DNA of 63,343 nt, filler included, from Bacteroidales bacterium (GTDB taxonomy: Bacteria; Bacteroidota; Bacteroidia; Bacteroidales; CAIWKO01): assembly GCA_035389045.1 (NCBI GenBank). It is 9 parts of 9 records of this genome, joined end to end, with 100 filler letters (N's around TTAATTAATTAA, not from the genome) between each part and the next. Parts side by side here need not be neighbours in the genome. Positions count along the whole stretch, not along the records: positions 47,854 to 53,528 come from DAOORA010000116.1; positions 53,629 to 59,277 come from DAOORA010000117.1; positions 59,378 to 63,343 come from DAOORA010000125.1; 6 more parts are not named here. The stretch is one strand, 5' to 3'. This document shows positions 51,407 through 61,776 of this stretch, in pieces (within the stretch, counting starts at the first letter, position 1; each line of letters begins with the position of its first letter). Below the pieces are notes generated by a model. That model had not been told where the DNA came from. It ran no database searches and saw only the letters and a program-made list of their open reading frames with translations. The translations under genes and the position numbers were made by a program.

Positions 51407-51778
51407 TTATTGACCGGTAAGTTGATAGTCATTAATCAGAAGTTCTGCCGAAAGATTAAGTCTGTTAGTCAATTTGCGAATCATTTCTACTGTCAGTTTA
51501 CGTTTACGATTAAGCACTTCAGAAACTCTGCTTTTTCCGCCAAATTCGTTAACTAAGTCAACTTGTTTTAAATGCATCTCCTGCATTCTGATTTTATTTG
51601 CCTCAATTGGATCAGGTGCATCAATAGGATAATGTTTTTTTTCATAGTCGTCAACTAACAATCCAAGAATATCAGCTTCGTCACTTTCTGGTGTGCCAAT
51701 TTTTGAATCAAAAATTTTGTCAAGACGTTTAAGCGCTTTACGATAATCTGATTCTGTTTTTATTAACTTGATATTCAT
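51407..51778 (-). CDS. higA: HigA-type HTH antitoxin
   Basis: IKTESDY..AL, YE.KHYPI..PDPIEA, KSRVSEVLNRKRKLT. Confidence 0.88.
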   Translation of the reverse strand: MNIKLIKTESDYRKALKRLDKIFDSKIGTPESDEADILGLLVDDYEKKHYPIDAPDPIEANKIRMQEMHLKQVDLVNEFGGKSRVSEVLNRKRKLTVEMIRKLTNRLNLSAELLINDYQLTGQ

Positions 51779-51790
51779 ATGTTTGTTTTT

Positions 51791-52086
51791 TTAAATTTTA
51801 TTTACATCAATTTTGTCATATTCAGCATGTGTCCCAATGAATTTGATGAATACCCATTGCTTTTCAAAGTTAAATTTAACTACAAGTCTGTATGTATTTC
51901 CTTTAATATTAAAAACAACTCTATTATTCTTTAGAATACTTGCATTTGCATAAGTTTTTTTTTCATCATTTGGTGTTTCCCAATCTGAACTCATTACTGT
52001 GTCGTACCATGTTTTTAGATGTTGCTCAGAATCAGGATTTTTTTTCAGTACATTCGTAAAGTGCTTTTTGCAAAAATTCTCTCCAT
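51791..52086 (-). pseudogene. higB: HigB toxin, frameshifted
   Basis: ATG at 52086 gives MERIFAKSTLRMY then TGA; the rest (LKTWY..RVVFNIKGNTYRLVV..FIGTHAEYDKI) is in another frame; one extra G (TGG) restores 98 aa. Confidence 0.8.
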
Positions 52087-52317
52087 TCAATTTTTTATTG
52101 CAAAAAAAAATAATTCGCAAATTGGGAACTTTTATCGCATTTTTTTTATTTGTATGGTTGGGTAACGGTAGGTGGCTGCTATTCGCCACGCAATTTAGTA
52201 ACTTTTCTTGTCCAAGTACACATTTTTTCAAATATTTCCAGAACTGTTGTAATGTTTGCCTTTCCTGCAGGGTGAAAGCAGACACATGTGTGTGTCCTGC
52301 ATTTATCGGAATTAATG

Positions 52318-52391
52318 AACCGCTGTCCGTCGCGGAGGAACGAGACCCGGGAGTCTGTCCCGGCATTTTTCCATGTCGGGATAAAGTGGTG
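52318..52391. repeat. 74-bp palindromic direct repeat 2 flanking higBA
   Basis: Matches 51246-51319. Confidence 0.85.
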
Positions 52392-52422
52392 CAAGAGGTT
52401 TGGGGGTGAAAATCCCCCTTAC

Positions 52423-53316
52423 CTACCCGCTTTTTATTATTTTTATTCTTGTTTTTATGTTATTGTCAGTCATTATCTCGAGGAAATAGATACCATTTGT
52501 CAAACCCGATAAATTAAGAAAATTGGATTTATAATCTCTCAGGATACATCTGCCATATACATCATAAATGTTAATTTGATTTATCAGGTCTTTATCTTTA
52601 GTTATTGTAATAAATCGTTTTGTTGGGTTTGGATATACAATTAATGCATTATTTGAATTTTTATCTTCTATACCAATTGTTGCGCAAAAGCTTGATGAAT
52701 AATTTGAGTCATAATAAGAAATGGCGCTATCTGTATAACATAAAATACCGCCATTTGTCCAAGCGTCATCACATGCTCCCAAGTCAAGGGGAAACAAAAA
52801 TGATGAATGTCCTATTCTTTCAATTATTTTTCCTGAATTTCCAACCCAGGAACACAGGGGGTCAAATAATGCCGTTACATATTGAACTTTTAAGATGGTT
52901 GTGCAGATTGTAGTAAATCCAACAGAATCTATCACGAATCCCACAGAGTCAGGACTCGGAAAACCATATCCTGTCTTGATATAAAGTGTGTCACCTGGCA
53001 ATTTGTTGAAGTCATACAATAAACAAAATTTGTTTTGATTTTGACTAAAATAAAAAACCTTATTAGTGTCAGAATAAATAAATATTGGGTGAATTTCTGA
53101 TCCATAAGTACATCCCCCAATACCATTTGATTGTAAAACTTTGCAGTTCTTTCCCTGAATTATCGTATCACCTGTCGACTCTATTGACGCATAATATTGA
53201 CCCAAAGACAAGGAGTATGATAAGTACCACCATTTTGCGCCTGTCGGAGCCCAGGTCTGGGCAAACAATGTTGTCAGTAAACAAAATAGTGTCAAAGAAA
53301 GAAATGTTTTTTTCAT
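52423..53316 (-). CDS. T9SS-secreted protein of unknown function
   Basis: Signal peptide, WAPTGAKWWY, GDTIIQGK, LLYDF, IERIG; CTD VYPNPT..GIYF..KIIK. Confidence 0.85.
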   Translation of the reverse strand: MKKTFLSLTLFCLLTTLFAQTWAPTGAKWWYLSYSLSLGQYYASIESTGDTIIQGKNCKVLQSNGIGGCTYGSEIHPIFIYSDTNKVFYFSQNQNKFCLLYDFNKLPGDTLYIKTGYGFPSPDSVGFVIDSVGFTTICTTILKVQYVTALFDPLCSWVGNSGKIIERIGHSSFLFPLDLGACDDAWTNGGILCYTDSAISYYDSNYSSSFCATIGIEDKNSNNALIVYPNPTKRFITITKDKDLINQINIYDVYGRCILRDYKSNFLNLSGLTNGIYFLEIMTDNNIKTRIKIIKSG

Positions 53317-53473
53317 ATTGTTGTAATAGGTTTTATTTAATTTCTAATGCCAGCTAACGATTGTGTTAACACATTCCATTTTTTTTTACTTTAAATTTTT
53401 GACTGCATTATTTTCAGTTAAATAAGTTCGAATACACCATCCCCGGTAATTCCAAAATATAAAAATACATAAG

Positions 53474-53528
53474 TTATGCGAATCAAGGGTTAAAAAATTA
53501 AATAAATAAAAGCTGCGGCAATTTTACC
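53474..53528. repeat. 55-bp end of a collapsed multicopy element
   Basis: Exact reverse complement of 53629-53683. Confidence 0.8.
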
Positions 53529-53823
53529 NNNNNNNNNNNNNNNNNNNNNNNNNNNNNNNNNNNNNNNNNNNNTTAATTAATTAANNNNNNNNNNNNNNNN
53601 NNNNNNNNNNNNNNNNNNNNNNNNNNNNGGTAAAATTGCCGCAGCTTTTATTTATTTAATTTTTTAACCCTTGATTCGCATAAATAATACAAAAAACAGT
53701 TTTTTTTCAATACAAAATTAAAAATTTGCTTTTTAGAAACAAAATTTATTATATTTGAAAATAATTCTTAAAAAAGTGTTTTTCAAAAATTTTTTAAATT
53801 ATGATAAGTAAATAGATAATTAA

Positions 53824-54369
53824 ATGAGATTCACTGGTGCTTTGAAAATTATTTTTCTTTCATTATTGGTTTTGAGCCTTGTTCTGATGTGGTTTTTTGT
53901 GAATAATGTCATTACCTGGATTAGTATAATTGCTTTTGTTGTATTAAGTCTGCTTTCAGTAATACAACTGTTTTTAATTTCGGTCAGAGGCTCTGATTTC
54001 CACATTTTCAAGTATTTTATCGCCATAGTCCTGCTCATCCAAAGTGTCTGTTTTATTGCGCTTTTATTAGGCTTTCAGCAAATCGGGACATGGAAATATT
54101 TTCTGATTGTTGCCGCTGTTTTTTTTGTCATTACCTCCCTGTTCATAATAGTATATTTAAAAAAATTTATAGCTCCAAAAATCAGAAAAGTTTTTGTCGT
54201 CAACATACTGACACCCTCCTTGATCATTTTATTTTTAGGACTGTTTCTTTTCACCGTCAGTGAACCATTAATATTTAAGGGGTTTAACAGAAACAGGGAT
54301 CACCAGTCTTATGAGCAGTACATTGGAGAAGAACAGCAACAGAATTCGGACCAGATTCCAACTTTTTGA
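53824..54369 (+). CDS. Hypothetical membrane protein
   Basis: 181 aa, about 5 TM helices. Confidence 0.6.
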   Translation: MRFTGALKIIFLSLLVLSLVLMWFFVNNVITWISIIAFVVLSLLSVIQLFLISVRGSDFHIFKYFIAIVLLIQSVCFIALLLGFQQIGTWKYFLIVAAVFFVITSLFIIVYLKKFIAPKIRKVFVVNILTPSLIILFLGLFLFTVSEPLIFKGFNRNRDHQSYEQYIGEEQQQNSDQIPTF

Positions 54370-54459
54370 AGTAAAATAAAGTATTCAGAAATCGTTTGAA
54401 TTGGATCATTTTTTTTTGGTTTGGACTTGTATGAATTTTTAAACAAATTGACAAAAAGT

Positions 54460-54715
54460 TGTTTATAACAATACCGTCAGCATATTTTTACATTCTTGTA
54501 TCATTACGAAGTTCCTCCTGATAATAATGGTTCAGAACAAGCAATTCGGAATGTAAAGGTCAAACAAAAAATATCCGGCCAATTCAAATCATTTGTCGGA
54601 GCTGAATCATTTGTAATCCTTCGATTTGTTATTGATACTTCTATAAAAAATAATATCAATCCTCTGCATTCTATCTCTCAAATTAATTCACTATAATTGT
54701 AGGCTGAATAATTAC
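54460..54715 (+). mobile_element. IS66-family remnant (transposase C-terminus and right end)
   Basis: FL...EVPPDNNGSEQAIRNVKVKQKISGQFKS; terminal GCTGAATAATTAC. Confidence 0.8.
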
Positions 54716-54778
54716 CAATTTTTTTTTAGTTTTACAATCTTAATTTTTGTTAAAAATTAAATAAAAAAAACCATAATC

Positions 54779-55705
54779 ATGAAAATATCTATCTTCCTCA
54801 GTAGATTAGCAACTTTATCATTTGCGCTGCGCAATATGTTCGTTGCTGGCTTTTTTGTCTTTAGTGCAGCACTGGGACAGGCACAAAATTCAACAGTAAC
54901 ACCCGCCCAAAAACAGGCGAATAGCAATACAGAAAATACAGAAAAACAACTCTTACCTTCTGTGATTGGCAATAATCAAAAAGCAATAACAACTGACCAT
55001 AAGGCAGGCTCTTTGCCTTTGAAGGTAACGGAACCTGCTCCTGATATAAATGACCCGGATTATGTAACTAAAAAAGAAACAGGGATTAATGAGTATCCTG
55101 AAGAATATAAGGCAATAATCAACAAAGAGCAATATAGCAATATAACAAATAATGCCCGCCCGAAATCCATAACAAGCCACCATAATATCACATTCTCGCC
55201 AAAATCATTAGAAAAAAATCCAAATTTAACAGCGCCTGACAGCTGTTCAAAAAAAAGGGAAGAGATAAATAATTGTTCAGGTGAGAATAATTCAGCAAAA
55301 CAGCAAACCTACCAAAAGAGTATAAATAATGGTAGTAACAAAAACATTGCAAATGGAAACACGGAAAACACTTTTCAAAAACGAATCGGGGAACACGGCC
55401 CGTATATAAACGACAAAGATCTTGACACCAAAATCCAGGAATGGAAATTTGCTTATCCTGAAGAATATATGGAATACCGTAAAAACAATCCCGACCCAAA
55501 TGTTTATAAAGGTTCGGTTATTATTCCTGCTGCATATGAATCATCAACTAATGCTGCAAAATGTAACAATAAAGTGGCAGAAAATGCTCCCAACCTTGAC
55601 GACCCTGAATATGAAATAAAAAAAGCAGAATGGATAAAAAAATATCCGGAAGAGTATCGGCAATTATTACCCGCAAGCACTGACAACCGGAAAGAAAAAA
55701 ATTAA
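54779..55705 (+). CDS. Exported low-complexity protein with three YPEEY repeats
   Basis: Signal peptide; three D.DY..K..W...YPEEY-like units. Confidence 0.7.
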   Translation: MKISIFLSRLATLSFALRNMFVAGFFVFSAALGQAQNSTVTPAQKQANSNTENTEKQLLPSVIGNNQKAITTDHKAGSLPLKVTEPAPDINDPDYVTKKETGINEYPEEYKAIINKEQYSNITNNARPKSITSHHNITFSPKSLEKNPNLTAPDSCSKKREEINNCSGENNSAKQQTYQKSINNGSNKNIANGNTENTFQKRIGEHGPYINDKDLDTKIQEWKFAYPEEYMEYRKNNPDPNVYKGSVIIPAAYESSTNAAKCNNKVAENAPNLDDPEYEIKKAEWIKKYPEEYRQLLPASTDNRKEKN

Positions 55706-55754
55706 TAATTTGATAATTCATGAAATTTATTTTAATAAATTAAAAACTGCACAT

Positions 55755-58700
55755 ATGCAAACATCCACATCCTTTCTAAAAAAGTCGCTACTGGCTTTTT
55801 ATGTTTTGTTTATGACCATGGGTATTAGCAACAATGGTTTTGGACAATGTGGCAGGCCCACTTGTAACTATATCGGAGACCCTGCAGCTGCAACAAGCAC
55901 ATGGCAATATGTCAGTGGTTCTGTGGCTGATGGCACTACTTATAACAGGTATGATTTTTATCTTTATTCTGGAAATACTTACGCGTTTTCTTTATGTTCT
56001 GCTGATGGCGGCGCGGCAGATTATGATTCATATTTGTGCTTGTACGGCTATGGTTACGGTTGTGGCTATACTACCTTTCTTGCATCTAATGATGATAATT
56101 GTGGTGTCCAATCTAAAATTACATATACAGCTACTTCAACAGGGTGGACGTCATTGTATATTTCGGGCTATGGTACAAATTATGGAACTTATACGTTGGC
56201 TTATAGATATTTGGCTCAGGGTACTGCTACGACGACAATTAATTATTCTGGTTTTGTCGCATGTAACGGCGGGCAATGTTATCTGTGCGGACAGGATTAT
56301 TGGTGTACCAATACTCCCGATAGTTGGTGCGGAGATACACCTCCTTGTGATACCAAAACATTTTTCGATCCTGTTCCGGCTGGTAATACCGTTACCAGCG
56401 TTACGGTTAACTATTGGACATCAAGTTGTTCTGGTGCAATAATTTATGGAACTATAAACAGTTTTTCAGTACCTGTGGCTTACGATGGGAACACTGGGTG
56501 CTTATGTTCGTCTAACCCATGTTCGTTAACAACTTCTGTTTCGAGCTATTATCCATGCGGGTTAACAGGGTATGTGTATGGGGGGTATAATACGTTTACT
56601 CTTTGTTCCAGCGATGATATGTGTATCAACAGGGCGGAACTGGTCTTTACATATTACCCGACTGAAGTAGTTATCCCCAGTATCGCCCCATCAAACCCCA
56701 CCATATGTACAGGCGGAAGCGTAACTCTTGATGCGGGAGCTGGCTATTCATCTTATTACTGGAATACCGGAGCAACAACACAGACTATAAACGTTACTCC
56801 TACTACTAGCGGCACCTATTCGGTGACAGTCTCCAGTCCGTTAGGCTGTGTATCCAATTCGGCATCGACATATGTTACTGTAGTCGCAGATCCCTCCATC
56901 ACCATTTATGGCGCTACAACGATATGCAGCGGCGGCACGGCCTCACTGACATCTTCAAGCTCTGGCGGCACGGGCACATGCAGTTATCAGTGGCAGTCGT
57001 CTCCCAACCAAAGCACCTGGACGAACGTGGCCACCACTCAGAATTATACCACCGCAGCGCTGACTTCCACGACATATTACCGTTGCATCAGAACCTGCGA
57101 CGGTTTGGGTTGTAACACGGCAACGTCAAACACAGTAATGGTTACAGTAAATACTATACCAAGTGCTGTTACAGTTTACGGAGGCGGCACACAATGCGGA
57201 GGAAGCAGGACATTAACTGCAACCGGGGGAACCGGGGGAACAATATATTGGCAAGGGACAACAAGCGGTGGAACCTCGACAGCTACTCCATCAACTTCGC
57301 AAACAGTTTCTGCTTCAGGAACTTATTATTTCAGAGCTTATAATTCTTGTGGATGGGGAACTCAGGGAAGTACTACCATTACAATAAATACTACTACCAC
57401 ACTTATATCAGATAGTCCTGTCACAACAAACTCGTATCCGACGTATTATCAATATCAAAATTGGTCAAATATGACTGCGGTGGTCGCAATTGCGCCTCAA
57501 ACCTCAGATCATGATATATACATTTATGATAATGCCTGCGGATCAGGAACAGATTTGATATCCTCGACCTATGGCGGCACTTATGTAGATTTTGCTATTT
57601 GTTATTATGGAAATTCAGATATTCTGTTCCCAAGTGCTGAATATGGAAGTTCCGGTGTATCCATAGTAGAATATGAAGAAGGCACGGGTATGGGATTATG
57701 TTCCCCCGTCTCAGGAACGATGCAGACCTCAGAAGCCGTTGATATGTATGAAATTTACCTGACCTCAGGAACATCTTATGATGTCAAACTCGATATCACG
57801 AGTGGGGCCTGCAATTTAGGTTTTGCGTTAGGGTACACTACAACCTTTTTAAATCGTGGTTCATGCCAATTAGATATAGATGTTAACGGCGCTTCCGGGG
57901 ATGAGATCGCATCTTCATGGGCTTGTCCTGAAACGGGTTATTATGGGCTAGTTGTATACAATACTTATACCGGTAACCCGGCTTCAAATTATAATATAAC
58001 CATCTGTGCGACCCCGGGTGCCGTAACAGTCAACGGAGGAGGAACGTACTGTAACAGTGCAACTCTGACTGCCAGCGGAGGTACCGGAGGGACGATTTAC
58101 TGGCAAGGAACTACGAGTAATGGGACATCAACAGCAACACCATCAACTTCACAAACTGTCACATCATCAGGCACTTATTATTTCAGAGCTTTTAATGGTA
58201 TCGGTTGGGGAGCAGAAGGCAGCGCAACAGTAACTATCACAGCCCCTGTTACACAAACTATTACTGGAATAACACCTATCTGTGTCGGTTCTTCACAGAC
58301 ATGGACCAGCACAACCACAGGAGGCTCATGGACTACTTCTGCTACTTCAATTGCAACCGTTGGATCATCAACAGGGATTGTTACAGGGGTTTCGGCAGGA
58401 ACTGCGACTATTAACTATTCGGTGACTACTTCCGGTGGGTGTGTCAACACCGCAACCAAAACAGTAACCATAAATGCTATTGCCGGTGCAGTGACAGTCA
58501 ATGGCGCCGGCACCTACTGCAATAGCCAGACCCTTACCGCCACAGGCGGTACCAATGGAACCATATACTGGCAGGGTACCACCAGCAATGGGACATCGAC
58601 GTCTACACCTGCCACTTCTCAGTCGGTGTCCACCACGGGGACATATTATTTCAGGGCATATAACGCTAACTGCGGATGGGGAGCCCAAGGCAGCGCAGCA

Positions 58701-59234
58701 GTTACGGTTAATTCACTCCCCGGCAACGTTGCGGTATACAATGGGGGCACGCAATGTGGCGGAAGCAGAACGCTCACCGCCACAGGTGGTAGCGGCGGAT
58801 CAGGTTACATCCTTTACTGGCAGAATACCACAAGCTCAGGGACATCCACAGCAACACCTGCTACATCTCAATCGGTTTCTTCATCCGGAACCTATTATTT
58901 CAGAGCATATGCTCCCGCCTGTGGATGGGGCACGCAGGGATATACTTCGGTAACAATCGGAAGTCCAATAACCCAAACAATCTCGGGAATAACACCTATA
59001 TGTATCGGTTCATCCCAGACATGGACCAGTACCACCAGCGGAGGCACCTGGTCATCCGCTGCTACGGCTGTAGCAACGGTAGGATCATCAACAGGTGTTG
59101 TAACTGGGGTATCGGCAGGAACGGCAACTATCACCTATTCAGTTACCGTAGACGGATGTGTCAACACCGCAACAAAAACAGTAACAATAAATGCTATTGC
59201 CGGTGCAGTGACAATCAATGGCGGGTCACATTAA
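55755..59234 (+). CDS. Large Thr/Cys-rich surface adhesin with Ig-like repeats, truncated
   Basis: Signal peptide; 4 x YWQ.TTS.GTST.TP..GTYYFRA and 2 x Big_2-like units; breaks mid-repeat at 59223 with no CTD. Confidence 0.75.
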   Translation: MQTSTSFLKKSLLAFYVLFMTMGISNNGFGQCGRPTCNYIGDPAAATSTWQYVSGSVADGTTYNRYDFYLYSGNTYAFSLCSADGGAADYDSYLCLYGYGYGCGYTTFLASNDDNCGVQSKITYTATSTGWTSLYISGYGTNYGTYTLAYRYLAQGTATTTINYSGFVACNGGQCYLCGQDYWCTNTPDSWCGDTPPCDTKTFFDPVPAGNTVTSVTVNYWTSSCSGAIIYGTINSFSVPVAYDGNTGCLCSSNPCSLTTSVSSYYPCGLTGYVYGGYNTFTLCSSDDMCINRAELVFTYYPTEVVIPSIAPSNPTICTGGSVTLDAGAGYSSYYWNTGATTQTINVTPTTSGTYSVTVSSPLGCVSNSASTYVTVVADPSITIYGATTICSGGTASLTSSSSGGTGTCSYQWQSSPNQSTWTNVATTQNYTTAALTSTTYYRCIRTCDGLGCNTATSNTVMVTVNTIPSAVTVYGGGTQCGGSRTLTATGGTGGTIYWQGTTSGGTSTATPSTSQTVSASGTYYFRAYNSCGWGTQGSTTITINTTTTLISDSPVTTNSYPTYYQYQNWSNMTAVVAIAPQTSDHDIYIYDNACGSGTDLISSTYGGTYVDFAICYYGNSDILFPSAEYGSSGVSIVEYEEGTGMGLCSPVSGTMQTSEAVDMYEIYLTSGTSYDVKLDITSGACNLGFALGYTTTFLNRGSCQLDIDVNGASGDEIASSWACPETGYYGLVVYNTYTGNPASNYNITICATPGAVTVNGGGTYCNSATLTASGGTGGTIYWQGTTSNGTSTATPSTSQTVTSSGTYYFRAFNGIGWGAEGSATVTITAPVTQTITGITPICVGSSQTWTSTTTGGSWTTSATSIATVGSSTGIVTGVSAGTATINYSVTTSGGCVNTATKTVTINAIAGAVTVNGAGTYCNSQTLTATGGTNGTIYWQGTTSNGTSTSTPATSQSVSTTGTYYFRAYNANCGWGAQGSAAVTVNSLPGNVAVYNGGTQCGGSRTLTATGGSGGSGYILYWQNTTSSGTSTATPATSQSVSSSGTYYFRAYAPACGWGTQGYTSVTIGSPITQTISGITPICIGSSQTWTSTTSGGTWSSAATAVATVGSSTGVVTGVSAGTATITYSVTVDGCVNTATKTVTINAIAGAVTINGGSH

Positions 59235-59277
59235 TTTTCTGGGGACTAAGCAAAAAGTTTATGAAGTCTAAAGAGAA
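59223..59277. mobile_element. IS terminus GGGTCACATTAATTTTCTGGGGACT (ISL3/ISAon1-like)
   Basis: Exactly the last 55 bp of the contig; interrupts an adhesin repeat. Confidence 0.55.
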
Positions 59278-59435
59278 NNNNNNNNNNNNNNNNNNNNNNN
59301 NNNNNNNNNNNNNNNNNNNNNTTAATTAATTAANNNNNNNNNNNNNNNNNNNNNNNNNNNNNNNNNNNNNNNNNNNNATTCCGGAGCAAACTCTGCCACT
59401 TTTGGGATTTCAGACAGTTTCTGAAACAAAAAATT

Positions 59436-59930
59436 TCATGAAAAAGAAGCACATCTTTTTATCCGGCCTTTCTTTTTGTAATGATGAACTTTCCTGAACT
59501 TTTTATCAAAAAGTTTGTCAAAAACTTTATGATCAAGATGGTGCCTGATTTTATGGGATCTGTGTTTTGTGATGCTTACAGATACCCCTGAAGATCCTGT
59601 ATTCAGAGAATTGGAACGGACGGAAATAATTCCGGTTGATTGTTTTTGTTGAACGGTCACCTGCTGAATATTATCTGCGTTCATGTTGCGATCGGTATTG
59701 ATGTTTACCGCCCCCTGTGGTAGCTGAAGCTGATCAGCGACCTGCAGCGCGTTATTTTTGTTTAAATTATAAACTGTCTGCGGATCAGGAGTTTCGGGCA
59801 TGTTAATATTGTTGGCATATACATGAGGATTCAGGTTTCCTCTCATGTCCATATCATTAAGTATCTGCTCATTTTGTGAACACACGGATATGGGTATTAT
59901 CAGAAAAAGTGATTGAAAGAGTTTTTTCAT
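59436..59930 (-). CDS. Hypothetical exported protein with a basic C-terminus
   Basis: Signal-like N-terminus, N/Q-rich middle, K/H/R-rich tail. Confidence 0.5.
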   Translation of the reverse strand: MKKLFQSLFLIIPISVCSQNEQILNDMDMRGNLNPHVYANNINMPETPDPQTVYNLNKNNALQVADQLQLPQGAVNINTDRNMNADNIQQVTVQQKQSTGIISVRSNSLNTGSSGVSVSITKHRSHKIRHHLDHKVFDKLFDKKFRKVHHYKKKGRIKRCASFS

Positions 59931-60061
59931 TTTATAATGGAATTAAATTGTAAATGAAGATTTTGCAATTGCACAAAAAAAATGCCAACTTCGGTTTCAT
60001 ATTAATTATTATTTCTAATTTAGTCATCTGAAAATGTGTGTTTAACTAAAAATGATACGAA

Positions 60062-61711
60062 ATGAAAAAGATCTTTGTTTTTTTATGTGCGATGGTTTTT
60101 GCTGCATTTATATTTTCAGGATGCGGCGGCGGATCACAGAAATCGGAAACCACTAAAGAAGATTCTGTTATGCAATCGAAAGTAAAAGAGTATGCTACTG
60201 TGAAACTTACCAGTGATTTAAGCCGGCTCACCGGAAAAGAAAAACAACTAATTGGCAAACTCATAGACATCGCCATGATCATGGACGATCTGTACTGGTT
60301 GCAGACACTGGGGGATAAACAGCCTTTTCTCGACAGTATAAAAAATGAAAATGAAATGAAATTTGCCCTGATCAATTACGGGCCATGGGACAGGCTGGAT
60401 GATAACAAGCCTTTTATAGCGAAATACGGTGAAAAACCTCTCGGCGCTAATTTCTATCCCGCAGATATGTCAAAAGAGGAATTTGAGAAGTTTGACAATA
60501 AAGACAAGACGTCTCTTTATACGGTCATCCGCCGCAATGAGGACAAAAGCCTGAAAACGGTATGGTATCATGAAGAATACAAAACACAGCTTCAAAAAGC
60601 GTCGGAACTGCTCAAACAGGCTGCAGAACTTGCCGACGATCCGGGCCTGAAAAAATATCTGGAACTTCGCGCCGCAGCGTTGGTCACCAGCAATTATCAG
60701 CCCAGCGATATGGCCTGGATGGACATGAAAACCAATCGTATTGATTTTGTGGTAGGGCCTATCGAAAATTATGAAGACGCTCTTTATGAATATAAAACAG
60801 CTTTCGAGGCTTTTGTGCTGATAAAAGATATGGAATGGAGCAAAAAACTGGATAAGTACATCAGCATGTTGCCTGATATTCAGAAACAATTACCTGTGGA
60901 AGACAAATACAAAAAAGAAGTCCCGGGAACAGCTTCAGACCTTGGCGTTTATGATGCTGTTTATTATGCCGGCGACTGCAATTCGGGCAGTAAAACCATT
61001 GCCATCAACCTGCCGAATGATGAAGAGGTTCAGCTTGCCAAAGGTTCACGCAGGCTGCAGCTGAAAAACACCATGAAGGCAAAATTTGACAACATCATGA
61101 TGCCCATAGCCCAAAAACTGATAGATCCCGTACAATTGAACAATGTAAAATTTGACGCATTCTTCAACAATGTGATGTTTCACGAGGTGGCACACGGGCT
61201 GGGAATAAAAAACACCATCAACGGCAAGGGTACGGTGCGCGAGGCATTAAAAGACGTTTATTCCGCTTTTGAAGAAGCCAAAGCCGACATTCTCGGATTA
61301 TTCATCGTCACCAGCCTGATCGAAAAAGGAGAGATAAAAGAGATAAGTGTTGACGATTGTTTTATCACCTATATGGCAGGTATCTTCCGCTCGGTTCGTT
61401 TTGGCGCTGCCAGCGCTCATGGCAAGGCCAATATGATGTGTTTTAATTTCTTCGAAAAAGCAGGGGCTTTTACCCGCAGTGATGCCGGCGCCTATACGGT
61501 TAATATGGAAAAAATGAAAACAGCCATGAACCAGTGGGCCAAAACCATACTTATTATGCAGGGCAACGGCGATTATGAAGGCGCCGGAAAGTACCTGAAA
61601 GAAAATGCCACGGTAAACCCGCAACTGCAAAAAGAACTTGACGCACTGAAATCTGCCAGCATTCCCAAAGATGTGGTTTTTGAACAGGGAAAAGTAACGC
61701 TGGGGCTTTAA
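60062..61711 (+). CDS. Peptidase M49 (dipeptidyl-peptidase III-like) lipoprotein
   Basis: Lipobox FSG-C; NYGPWDRL, GPIENYED, AINLPNDE, FHEVAHG, EEAKAD, FRSVRFG. Confidence 0.85.
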   Translation: MKKIFVFLCAMVFAAFIFSGCGGGSQKSETTKEDSVMQSKVKEYATVKLTSDLSRLTGKEKQLIGKLIDIAMIMDDLYWLQTLGDKQPFLDSIKNENEMKFALINYGPWDRLDDNKPFIAKYGEKPLGANFYPADMSKEEFEKFDNKDKTSLYTVIRRNEDKSLKTVWYHEEYKTQLQKASELLKQAAELADDPGLKKYLELRAAALVTSNYQPSDMAWMDMKTNRIDFVVGPIENYEDALYEYKTAFEAFVLIKDMEWSKKLDKYISMLPDIQKQLPVEDKYKKEVPGTASDLGVYDAVYYAGDCNSGSKTIAINLPNDEEVQLAKGSRRLQLKNTMKAKFDNIMMPIAQKLIDPVQLNNVKFDAFFNNVMFHEVAHGLGIKNTINGKGTVREALKDVYSAFEEAKADILGLFIVTSLIEKGEIKEISVDDCFITYMAGIFRSVRFGAASAHGKANMMCFNFFEKAGAFTRSDAGAYTVNMEKMKTAMNQWAKTILIMQGNGDYEGAGKYLKENATVNPQLQKELDALKSASIPKDVVFEQGKVTLGL

Positions 61712-61776
61712 TTTCTGACAGGGAAAATAAGAAGCGCCGGATTCCTGCGTTTATCTGAATATTAATACAAAGTACA

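Noticed and set aside
51791..52366. 191-aa N-terminally extended HigB
   Set aside because: The extension reads through promoter and repeat DNA; the real start is 52086 with a frameshift.
53474..53683. Perfect 55-bp inverted repeat across a gap, suggesting an invertible segment or hairpin telomere
   Set aside because: Two separate contigs end in the same collapsed repeat. The same 55-bp length recurs at other contig ends, consistent with the assembly k-mer.
57150..59220. Adhesin internal repeats as DGR template/variable regions
   Set aside because: They are in-frame domain duplications without adenine-specific variation, and no reverse transcriptase is present.
59378..59400. IS21-like terminal motif ATTCCGGAGCAAACT at a contig start
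   Set aside because: Too short to support a call.
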